From the NCBI RefSeq assembly GCF_018977255.1, contig NW_024704746.1, positions 31,062,001 through 31,126,000 on the forward strand: a stretch of DNA of 64,000 nucleotides. Reading direction: 5' to 3'. The number at the start of each line of letters is the position of its first letter. The first letter of the stretch is position 1. The stretch comes from Callorhinchus milii. Taxonomy: Eukaryota. The notes under the pieces are model-generated. The model ran no database searches, was not told where the DNA came from, and worked only from the letters and a program-made list of their open reading frames with translations. The position numbers were made by a program, and so were the translations under genes. Of the stretch, positions 1 to 10,423 are shown one piece after another.

Positions 1-300
1 TGTTATAGACACATTAAAGCTGCTAAATGGGATAGAAAAGATAAACCCAGAACAATGTTTTCAGAAACATATCAAGAAGACACAGGTTCAGGGTTATGAA
101 AGTCAATTTTAGGATAGATATCAGGAAATATTTCTTTAAGGAAAGGGTAATCGACATTGAGATACTAGAAAGAGTGATAAAGGCCAATATATTGGACTCT
201 TTAAGAAATAGCTTGATGCTATAATAAAAAAATGATAGTATTTGAAATGATGAGAGCAATTTGGTCGAACGCCTTCAGCTGAACTTTTCCTGTCATCTAA
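1..300 (+). mobile_element. Degraded CR1-type LINE 3' end (ORF2 C-terminus remnant plus tail)
   Basis: Broken + frames read ..KLLNGIEKINPEQCF.. and ..RHRFRVMKVNFRIDIRKYFFKERVID.., resembling the CR1 ORF2 C-terminal motif FRxDxRKxFFxxRV; stops and frameshifts present. Confidence 0.6.
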
Positions 301-2516
301 GTAGCCTAAGCCACTGTGACACCATTCTACTCATAGATTATGCAATTTAATTACGTTAGTCTGTCATCTGTCACCATTCACCATGTTAGTCAATGTTCAA
401 GAAGAACTTTCCAAAATTGGAACAAAAACGTCCCATGACTCCACCTGTATAAATTATACAGAACACAGTTTGGTGTAAATTTCAAAACCGTACCACATGC
501 CATGGTTTAAATATCATTGATAAATAGATCAAGCTTTGTTCCAGCAGTTTATAATGTTGTCTTTACTGCTTGATGTGTCGCTGTCTTGTAATTTAATCCA
601 GCCAGTTCCATCCCACCTAACCTGTTTAAAAAGAGATGCATCACTGGGCACTACACACCAAAGCTGTTGTGTAAATATTATAACCACAGATGAGGAAAAA
701 AAGTTAGACACAACCCTAAAGTATTTTACTCAAAGAACTTATTTCAAATAAATATTTGCATTTTCTGAATGCATTTTAATTTTTTAGTTTAAATCATATT
801 TTGTCAATGATTGCCTTTTAGTTTCATTCACATACACAAAGTAGAGTGGCTTTAATGTGAATAAATGTACATTCAATATACTGTCGGAGGAGCAGAGTGC
901 CTGTGACTGATGATGATTTAAAATGAGGCTACCCCCAGGGTCTCAGGGGAGTCTAATAGCACAAGATAATGTCTAAAATCTCAAACTATTATTATTAGAC
1001 ACCATCCTTTCACTCACAAAATATACAGTCGATTCACTTTACAGTATGTTCTGTGAAGTGCTTGGAGTCGTCTCGAAGACATGATAAATGCTATATTAAA
1101 TGCAAGGATTATTATTATTATTATTATCCTCATAACACTCGGGCAAGTAATTGTAAATCAATATTTCTTCTATATTTGAAGATATAAAGGAACAGGCATT
1201 CTTGTTGTTCCACAAAAGGACACCACGATGCAGATCTTTCTTCATACAGGGCACCACTCTGTTCATCTGTGGCTATCTCCAACAGTGATAAATGATTTGC
1301 AGTCATTGAGTGTTAATGGAAAATAATCTTGAGGTTAGTTAGTTAGTGCTTTTACAGTGTTGGTGAATGTTTTCTGATCGATGATAGTGAATTAGATGTC
1401 GTGTAATGGAAACTTTCTATGTGTAAAGCGATTCTGCTATGACACATGGCATTGTCTAAACAATAGTGGTGCAGAACTAAGGCATTATCACTTCAAATCC
1501 TTCCACTTAATGGATTTAAACTGTAGATTATTATGCATCAAAATAGGTATGATTACTAAGGTAGGAACAGAACAGTCTTTAATAAACGATCATTTTTTTT
1601 GTAGCATCTTAATGAAAGTGTTTTTTCTTGTTATATCATTTAAGTGCCTTTTTTTAATAACTAGGTGCTATGAAGGCGTCTTATTAATATTTGGTTAAGA
1701 TGGCATCAATTGCATGCACTATAAATCATTCCTCTGAGCCTTTTCATTTTATAAACAAAGTCACAACTATACATAGCTCAGAACTACAACAAGTCCATAA
1801 ATATTACACATATCACCATTTTGCTTTCATATAAATGTACCAATAACACCTTTCATTACTTCTTGTATTTCTGTATTAAAAAATGTAACTGAACTAAATT
1901 ACGTGCCTGTTATTCAACCTCTTACATGTTTTCCTCTTTAGGTTGGGTTCACTGAGTTATGGGGAATAAATACTTCCCCAAATAATTTATTCATGATTGT
2001 TGAAAGGAGTTGATCATAGCAAGTGATTTATAAATCCTCTTCAGTTTCACATATAGTATTTTACATTCAAACGAGTGCTTAAAACAGATGCATATGTGTG
2101 TAGGTTACTATATTTTAAACCAACTGCAAGCAATATTACTTTCTAAGTAGAGTACCTCTCATTCCCCTTTATCTATTTTGCTATTTTTTAAAAAAAGAGT
2201 GAGTTATCATAGGTTATTTCCATTGGTGTACAGTTCATTGTCACTGTTAGATATTTTGTGCATTATATATTGGAACAAGTATCGATTTTCGCTCAATTAC
2301 TTTCAAAGCAAAAATTAAGTATTTGATGATATCTTATTTACCCAGTCATTGGGGGGTATATTTCTTTCTGCATTTGTTTCTACGTGGACAACAAACATAA
2401 ACACTTTGCTCCCAGCTTTCCAGGTGATGAGACGTGCACTCACTCACCATTGCACAAACTTTCCAATGCCACAAAGAAAATCGTTGAATCAACAAACATG
2501 CTTTGCAAATCTGTAC

Positions 2517-2617
2517 CTTTGCAGATTACCCAAAGAGTCTGCCACCACAAACTTCGCCTCCTCCTTCACTGGCTTGAAGATCTTATCTTGCAGCTTTTTA
2601 AACCCTTCGAAAGGCAT
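2517..2617 (-). CDS. SLC17A8: Vesicular glutamate transporter 3, first coding exon (rest of gene lies left of the window)
   Basis: ATG at 2617 reads MPFEGFKKLQDKIFKPVKEEAKFVVADSLGNLQ(R), matching the recalled human VGLUT3 N-terminus [34 protein letters not shown]; ends at AAG|GTACAG donor after 101 nt (phase 2). Confidence 0.9.
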
Positions 2618-3400
2618 TTTTCCTGCTTGTATTTTTTTTTTTTTGGAGAGTGTGGGTTTGCAATTATTGTCAATCCAGATGTTAAGCACTGCGATCACTG
2701 CAATACTGTCCTGGTTTGGCTTTTCATGCTCAGCCTGGTGTGCTTTTGCTGGTGTGTGTGTGAGCTCCTTTTTTGACCAGATCTTTCCAAGACAGCTTGA
2801 GGATCTTCCCAATCAATTGAGGAGAGCAGAGCAGAGAGTGTGTGTGCGTTCCTGGATCCTGGAGATTTCAGTCAATGGAAACTGGTTCTGGGATGCAACA
2901 CCAAAAAGCCCATCTTTACATCCTTCACGTTATCCCCCCACCCACCCCCCCCAAAAAAAAGGAGTCAACTCATCGAAGCATCCTTAATGTTTACTGCACA
3001 CAGGTGTGGAAGTGCAGAATTGGTGTATAACAGCAACCCCCACCTCCCCCCACCCAAAAAAAAGCAGATGGTTTTCTGCAAAAGAGCTAAATGCAAACAT
3101 AAGGAGAAAGAGAGAGAGAGAGAGAAAAAAAATACAACCCTATGAGATGGTCCAGTTACTGTTGCACTGATCAGCTGTCCTGAGCTGGGATGCAGCAGGT
3201 CTGACTGCTGCAACTGCACATAGGAGCTCTTGCTGCAGCTCACACCCCCACCCCCCCAAAAGCATTGCATTTCTCCATTGCCATCGTCACAGCATTGGGG
3301 GGGGGGCAAAAAAAAAGAAAGAGTTTATTAAAAATTGAACCACTTTGTCCTTTGGCTGCGTGACGCACGTCTAAGGTTAGCAATCTCTGTGCAATGGATA
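2618..3400 (-). promoter_or_regulatory. SLC17A8 5' UTR / proximal promoter region
   Basis: Directly upstream of the ATG; simple-repeat-rich leader; CRE-like TGACGCA at 3361-3367; start site not determinable. Confidence 0.45.
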
Positions 3401-5229
3401 CAGAAAGGATGGAAAGAGGTTTTAAAATTTAAAACCCACACCTTTTTTTTTTTTGCATTTGACCTACGTGGGTCCTTTAATATTTCATTAGCAATTAGCA
3501 GCTTGTGCATGTAACCCCAGCATTTTATTACCCAGCTTTTGTATTTACTTGCAGGGTATAATCAAATACTTTTGCTGTGTTTGTAGTTGAGCACACCAAA
3601 TCGGTGGTTTTAAATCAATTAAGGAAGTGCTTTAAGCAGACAGGAAAATGCTCCCAAGGTTTTTTTTGTTAAAACCCAGTCGACTTTCCTAAAACATGCT
3701 AATTATTTCAAAAAACCACTAGCTGAGGGGAAACGAAATGAAAAGCCAATTAATTGGATGGATGCAACTGCAACCTTGTTTTACAAATCTCTGCAGTTTG
3801 GAGTCTTTTTAAGGAAGAACATAAAAACATAAAGGTGATTGTTTTTTTTGCAATACGTCTGTTCAAGTTTGCATTTCTTGAGGGTTTGTACCAGAGGTTC
3901 TCACAAGACCTTATTAGATACCATGTTCCTTTACTGGACACTCAGAACAGCAACTGGACTGCAGACGACTTATGCATCTTCTGAAGAATGCATATCCCTA
4001 ACAGGTAGGAGCTGAAGATCGTTTTGGTTAAAAAAGGCTGTATTATTTGTTAAATTGTGACATTCTGATGTTTTGTAATGCTTTCTTTGTTCGCTTTTTC
4101 TGGACCAGAGTTTGGGTTTGCAGCTGATTTTCTGCTGCCTCCTCGTGGTGAATGAGGGTAACACTCCACCTGTTACTTTATCAGCTAATCTCTTGGCTCG
4201 ATTCAACTTTCTGCTGGTTCTGGGTGATATTCATTAAATGTCATCGATCTGCACTTTGTGAACAATTCCTTTCCAGGAGATTCAGGCGTCTAATACCAAC
4301 CACAAAACTCTCAAAGACCTACTGACTCTGTGAACACTTGATGCACTGCACGATTTTACTCTAACTTCCATCCCAATGTCATTTTCACAACCTCTTACTG
4401 TCTTCTCTTCAATGCCTTTTCCAATTCCTTTTAGAAGTTCCTTTTTTGGGACAAGATATTTGGATAAGACCAACAATATTCCAGTAATATGACAATAACA
4501 CTTCGGCTGGTTACTCTAATCCAGACACTAACTAAATTATCATTCATCTGTACTGGAACAGATGTAACGTTATCAAGTGCTATCATTTTCTATTTTGTTC
4601 CTGCTTCAGACACTTATGTACTAATTTTCAAAGTTTTACACTCAGTGTTTGTCAACCAAAATACATCTTTGGGTCCTGCAGGAACAGAAAAGGTCAGTTG
4701 AGTGCCAGTCCTTAGCAGCACTGATAAGCACTCATTTTCCCTTAAAATATCCCATATTCTGTATTATGCTTGAAAGTACTTTGTAAAGTCTCAATATCTG
4801 TAGTGCCAATGATATATACTTTGTGCCTCTTAACATTTCTCTGATCTTGGAAGCTCTGAGGAAACATATAACTCAATTGCATGTGCTATTGAATTCACTC
4901 ACTGAATCATATCTTCCTCCTTGCAACGACCTACACATCCATCAAGTTGCAATTATTTTGAATAGACATCATATGACCTAATATGTACATACCTCATGCA
5001 GTGCAGGTAACTATACCTTAAAACTTTATTTCAATTTCAATTACTCTCATTTCACATGGCCACAATAAACATAAAGGTCACTAAATTGTGACTCTTAAAC
5101 TGCTAAAAAAAAACCTAAGCTAAATACATAAAACAGTCAGTTGTTGAGATTATAGAAACTTCATACACGTGAAGGCCAAATGGTGAATGTATTTGTAGAT
5201 ATAGATATTCTGCAGTTTTGCTTCATTTA

Positions 5230-5487
5230 ATAATAATAATCATTCTTACATTTGATATAGTGCTTTGTCACCTGGTCAAAACATTTTAAAGCGCTTCTCA
5301 GGATTTCACTGTAAAATGTAACAACTGTTTTGGGAGGCAATTGTGAAGAATTGTTGGTGAGGACATCAGGAGAAACTTCTCTTTTGAAATAGTGCCATGG
5401 AATCTTTAATGGTCCACCTGGACAGGCCGGACTGGGTTTAACATCTCACCCAAAGGACAGCAACTTGACAATTCAGAACTCTCTCAG
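5230..5487 (-). mobile_element. Old DeuSINE (SacSINE1/AmnSINE1-like) copy
   Basis: Reverse complement contains GATGTTAAACC..CAGGTGGACC..AAGATTCCATGGCACTATTTCAAAAGAGAAG, typical Deu-domain text, ending in GCACTATATCAAATGTAAG and a (TTA) tail. Confidence 0.7.
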
Positions 5488-5491
5488 CTCC

Positions 5492-6172
5492 CTCACTTGG
5501 TAGCACTGTTGCATCTGGGTCAGAAGGTTGTGACGTCAAGCCCCTTGTCAGAACTTTGGACTCAGTCTAGGCCAGGAGTCTCCAACTGGTCGATTGCGGT
5601 TAGGTGGTGTCTCACACATGCTCAATAAAAACAAGAGGAAGGAGTGATATTTACCAAAGCTGAAACATTAAGGTTGATATCTTTATTTCAAGATGCATGA
5701 AATATTTCATGTAGTCATTGAATCCAAGTGAAACACTTCATGCATCTGACTTCATTTTCAATTGGATTTAATAACTCTTGTCTTGTTGATCATGTGCGAG
5801 AGTGCCACCTAGCAGCAATTGACCAGTTGGCGATTCTTGGTCTAGGTTGACACTCCAATGTAGTGCTGGGGGTGTGATGTGTTGTTGGGAGGTGCCATCT
5901 TTTGGATGAGTTGTTAAACTGAGGTCCTCTTTGCTTGTTGAAGTGAACATCATAGACTCCATAGCACTGTTTTAAAATAGAAAGGAGTTTCTTCCAATAT
6001 CCTGGGCAAAAATCCTCTAAATAAAATCAATCATTCATTTCATGGCGTATTGCAGAAAATTGTCTGTTGTCTGCAAATACTCAGTCGCTTAACTTCACAA
6101 TAAAATCATGTGAAGCACTTTAAGATGTCCTGATGACAAAGATAAGACACAGTGTCAAATGCAGGGACTATT
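5492..6172 (+). mobile_element. Old DeuSINE copy interrupted by a hAT MITE
   Basis: tRNA-like head TTGGTAGCACT..TCAGAAGGTTGTG; the body resumes after the insert (TCTAGGTTGACACTCCAATG..GGAGGTGCCATCTTTTGGATGAG..TTAAACTGAGG). Confidence 0.7.
5573..5839. mobile_element. Non-autonomous hAT (Charlie-like) MITE, 267 bp
   Basis: About 25-bp imperfect TIRs CAGGAGTCTCCAACTGGTCGATTGC / GCAATTGACCAGTTGGCGATTCTTG; 8-bp TSD GTCTAGGC (5565-5572) / GTCTAGGT (5840-5847), close to the NTCTAGAN target preference. Confidence 0.8.
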
Positions 6173-6635
6173 AAATTCACATGGTGACCCAACCATGTGA
6201 CCCAACTGACCCAACTGTCCAGCACCTTGGGATGTCCTCCCGACGTGAAAGGTGCTCTATAAATGGAATCTTGTTGTTGTTGTTGTTGTTGCACTTGAGG
6301 AAGAAAGAGGCCAACTGCATTTTCCTCCTACGATCCTTCATTGCGCAACAGTTGTGAGCAATATACTTTATTGACAGCAGGCGGGAAACATCGCCAGGAA
6401 GGTATCGCCCACAAAACACACAGTCACTACACTTCACGGTGTATCCTGCGGAGCGCTTTGAGGCGTCTCGAAGACGTGATAAAGGCGCGAGATCGAACGC
6501 AAGGATTATTATCGCTTTGCTCCACTTTAAGTCTTAAAAGAAGAAGAAGGATTAATAGTAGTATTATTGTTATTGTTACTATTATTATTACTATTGCTCG
6601 GTGTTGGGCTCTGAGCAGCAACACTCACTGGTCCC

Positions 6636-6860
6636 AAGCCCCGCCCCTGACAAGGCGAGGGGGCGGGGCTGAGTGCGAGGGGGCGGGGCTGAGTGCTAGG
6701 GGGGGCTGAGTGCGAGGGGGCGGGGCTGAGTGCGAGGGGGCGGGGTTGAGTGCCGGGGGGAAGGGATGGAGAACTACACCTCCCAGCGTGCAACGCTCCC
6801 ATCCGTGCGCAGGCGCAGAGTGGGGGGGGGGCGGCGCGAGACACATCCGGTTCCGGACGT
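6636..6860. promoter_or_regulatory. FGFR1OP2 CpG-island promoter: tandem GC boxes, ZNF143/SBS motif, NRF1 site, ETS site
   Basis: Repeated GGGGCGGGG in a ~20-bp unit (6655-6760); ACTACACCTCCCAGCGTGC 6773-6791; TGCGCAGGCGCA 6806-6817; TTCCGG 6851-6856. Confidence 0.8.
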
Positions 6861-6925
6861 TGCTGGAGCAGGAGGAGGCGGCGGCGGCGGTTGGTCGAGT
6901 TGAGAGTCGAAGCTGCGGCTGTCCG
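6840..6925 (+). other. FGFR1OP2: FGFR1OP2 non-coding exon 1 (5' end approximate)
   Basis: GC-rich leader ending at CCG|GTGAGG donor (intron starts 6926); the next exon carries the ATG. Confidence 0.65.
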
Positions 6926-7199
6926 GTGAGGAGGAGATGGCGGCACAGGAGTGGGGGGGAGAGGGAGAGGAACCGGGGGAGGAGTGACCGGGGTGGGGGG
7001 CACCGGCACCGCCCCTCCCTCCCTCACAACCGCCCGGGAGACGCGGTGGCGGCACCGGCAGTGTGTGAGGAGCTGTCCAGTGGTCCCCAGTTTAGCCGCT
7101 CTCTGATCGTGTCAGAGTCAGGTTTGGGGGGAGGGTTCCCTGACTGTGATGACTATAACGCAATGTAAAGATGGTGGCGGCTCCTGTCAAACACAGCTT

Positions 7200-7595
7200 G
7201 GGCTGTGGTGAGGGGGGGGGGGGGTTTGGGTGTTGGGGGGGGGGTTGGGTGTGGGAGGGGGTTGTGTGTGGGTTTGGGGTGTTGGGGGTTGGTGGGGGGG
7301 GGTGTGGGGGGGGTTGTGGGTTGGGTGTGGGGTGTTTGGGGGTTGTGGGGAGGGGTTGTGGGAGGGGGGGTTGGGTGGGTTTGGGGGTTGTGGGGGAGGG
7401 GTTGGGTGTGGGAGGGGGTTGTGGTGTGGGTTTGGGTGTTGGGGGGTGTTTGGGGGGGTTGGGGGATTGGGGTGGAGGGCTGTGGTGGGGGGGTTGTGTT
7501 GTGGGTTTGGGTGTTGGGGGGGGGGTTGGGTGTGGGAGGGGGTTGTGTTGTGGGTTTGGGGGTTGTGGGGGAGGGGTTGGGGGGGTGGGGGGGAG
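7200..7595 (+). repeat. G/T-rich low-complexity minisatellite with G-quadruplex potential
   Basis: Dozens of G3-G10 runs separated by T/TG; source of the spurious Gly/Val and Pro/Asn ORFs. Confidence 0.9.
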
Positions 7596-8066
7596 TTCAC
7601 AGTAGCTCCAGTCCTTGTGCGCTGCTCTAATGCGATTAGTGAGGCTGTAAAGTAAAGCTGTGTGTCACACGTGCATTTCTGGATCCTATTATTTACCGAC
7701 AAGGAGATGGTATCGGCTGCATCTGGTGCCTAAGGTTTTTTTTGTGTGGGGGGGAAGCCGGAACCTGTCAGTGAGCGTTGTCACTGGTCATTTCAAAGCA
7801 CTGTTGCACAGAGCTGTTGCCTCTCTCCACCCTCTGCAGTTAGTCAGCTCTTATGTGCTGGTGTGTGTGGTTGACACAGACACATGGTATTATTATTCGC
7901 TTCCCCTAAAAAGAATGTTTGTAAATGTCCAAAGAAAGTTATCGATGTTGCAGGAGTGTTCAGCCTAAAGAAACTTAGTTTCTAGCCATTAAAACAGAAC
8001 AGTGTTCTTCTAATTCAATTGCAGGTAATGTCAATTTCCAGGAACCCATTATTCTCTATTTGATTT

Positions 8067-8426
8067 ATAATAATAATAATAATAATCCTTGCATTTAATA
8101 CAGTGCCTTATCATATCTTTGAGATGTCTCAAAGTGTTTCACGGAATATACTGGAAATTGAAATGACTAGATATATACTATGGGCAAAACACGATTGTGG
8201 CCTCAATGTCCACACAAACAGTTGTGGATTGAGTGACCGTATTATTATTTTTTTGGAAGGGATTATTACTCCCGGAAAATCAATCCGGCAATCGACTAAC
8301 AGCTAGATTCCTACTTACTGCTCGATAAACAGGTGTGTGGAGTAAGCAAACTTGCCCAATATTTTGCCCCGTCCAGGTCCTCTCGCTTGTGAGACGAGTG
8401 CTCTAATCATTAAGCTACAGGACTCC
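8067..8426 (-). mobile_element. tRNA-derived SINE, long variant
   Basis: GGAGTCCTGTAGCT head with A/B-box-like sequence, internal ..AGCAGTAAGTAGGAA.. segment, (TTA)n tail. Confidence 0.85.
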
Positions 8427-9796
8427 ACTTACTTTTCATAACTGATTGACGTGAACAATGTAAAATAAAGCAATTTGGTGCACATGAGAGTTAGATAAAA
8501 TTTCTTTATGAAGTATCAAGCACCACAAAGATAAACCTGCATTTCAGTAAATACATATTTACTTTGCTAATAATTACTATGTTAAAATCAGCATTTAAGT
8601 TCTGAACAGGAATAGCCCACAACAGTTCACGTCACAACCCATATATTCACCCTTCAATAAATATAATGGTTAATCAATTCAGGCCATGGGGTCCACATTC
8701 TACCAAATGGAAGGAATTACTAATAGTTCATTCTCAACAAGCCGGATGGAATTATTGTAAAAACAATCTATATCCAAATAGAAGCAATGTCAGTGATCGA
8801 CTATATATGCATCTGATAATGAAGAAAACAGAAATAGAATAACAGGCTTCCTGAACTTGGGCCTGAAACATGGGGAACCAAACCAGGGCCAACAACTGAC
8901 TATCCTCAGTTATCAATTGTAAAAGAGGTTTTTAGTGAACTATTCTTGCAAAGAATCAGAGCCATTAGTATTCTCTGATCTCTCAAATATTTATCCATAA
9001 CTACTACCACTGCTACCAACTGTGGACAGCTGACACATTTTTAATAAAAACTGTTTCTTTTTGCCAACAATTTCAAATGAAATTATTTCACAAGACTTGA
9101 GAGACAAGTATATATGAAATTAGAACATTTACATCCAGAAAAAAGGAACGTGTCCAGAGGGAAGCCTTTGTCCTCGATTGACCAGTTTCTGACACTGAAG
9201 CAGAGTTAACTAGAATCAGAAGAAAAGCAAGTGCTAGAACCTTACTATTTGATATCAGAAGAAAATAATTAATTGCCTAAAGAATGAAAATAAATCCTAA
9301 AAATACTAATGTAATAAGATTGTTACCCAGACACAGTTACTGTTTGTGAGCTGATAGGCAAGGCTTAGCTTGGCGAAGTTAATGAGACAAAAATAGAAAA
9401 CTGCGTTGAAAACAGACACCTGAATGCATAGGCCTCTGAATAAGACTGATGGGTTTTACAGTTTCATAGGCTCCAATGACGTCGTTAAAGCTATGTCAAC
9501 ATAGTGATGCATTTTAAAATAATGCGAGCATTTTGCTTCTTTGATGAAATCATTTGTATCTCTTATAAATACAGTATTTTGTAAATTTGCTGTTAATAGT
9601 TTCCATGTGTTTTTTTTCACTAGATTGACTTCGTTGAGGCTATGAAACTATCTATATTTTAATACTTGTTTAAATTTGTATTTGTTCTTCCATCCTATTT
9701 TTGACTATTTTCCTTTTTTTATTACTTTAAAATGTAAATTAGATAAATGCTCTCCTATTTGGATATGTAGGAAAACCAAGGGAAATAATAATAATA

Positions 9797-10116
9797 TTAA
9801 TAATAATAATCCTCGCATTTGATATAGCGCTTTTCACGTCGGGAGGATGTCCCAAAGCGCTTCACAGAACACACTGTAAACTGAATTGACTGTATATTTG
9901 TGGGCGAACGCGGCAGCCAATTGCGCACAGCAATGTCCCACAAACAGTCGTAGATTGAAAATGACCAATTTATTATTGTTTTGGGTTTTGGAGGGATTAT
10001 TATTAGGCTCTGTGTGGAGTAAGGAAACTTGCCCAAGGTTTCGCCCTCTGCCTGGAATTGAACTCAGGTCTCTCACTTGCAAAGCGAGTGCTCTAACCAC
10101 GAAGCTACAGGACTCC
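9797..10116 (-). mobile_element. tRNA-derived SINE, young short variant with L2-type tail
   Basis: Full head to (TTA)n tail; near-identical to 60671-60994. Confidence 0.9.
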
Positions 10117-10288
10117 ACAGGAAAACCAGTTTTAAAATTTGGGAAATCTGTAGTTACTAAAACACTACAGTTTACTTATAAATGCATAAATATTGTTATA
10201 AATCTAAAAATATTCTGATTATTTCAATTAAGTGTGTTTGAGCATTTACTTTTTATTGATAATTTATGTTTTATCTCTTTCCAGAGAA

Positions 10289-10423
10289 ATGAGTTGTACT
10301 ATAGAAAAGGTTCTGGCTGATGCTAAGGCGCTGGTTGAACGGCTGAAAGAACATGACTGTGCAGCCGAGGCACTCATTGAACAGACCACTGCTCTCAACA
10401 AACGGGTTGAGGCTATGAAACAG
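10289..10423 (+). CDS. FGFR1OP2: FGFR1OP2 coding exon 1 (acceptor at 10284/10285)
   Basis: [45 protein letters not shown]|gtaaat. Confidence 0.95.

Noticed and set aside
2430-2499. Alternative minus-strand mini-exon MFVDSTIFFVALESLCN ending at a GTGAGT donor
   Set aside because: The upstream donor at 2517 gives the orthologous VGLUT3 exon length and phase; this peptide has no recognisable homology
3165-3190. REST/NRSE-like site upstream of SLC17A8 (CCCAGCTCAGGACAGCTG)
   Set aside because: The left half and spacing deviate too far from TTCAGCACCNNGGACAG to support a call
6527-7702. Long ORFs of 140-170 aa over the FGFR1OP2 promoter and intron 1
   Set aside because: Artefacts of GC-rich and G/T low-complexity repeats; no real protein features
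8640-9270. Purine-rich, coding-looking stretch in FGFR1OP2 intron 1
   Set aside because: Multiple stops in the frames examined and no recognisable motif; probably an ancient TE remnant
9797-10116. tRNA-like sequences and recurring ORFs ending [10 protein letters not shown]
   Set aside because: These are SINE heads and tails, not tRNA genes or a protein family; no full cloverleaf with a terminator
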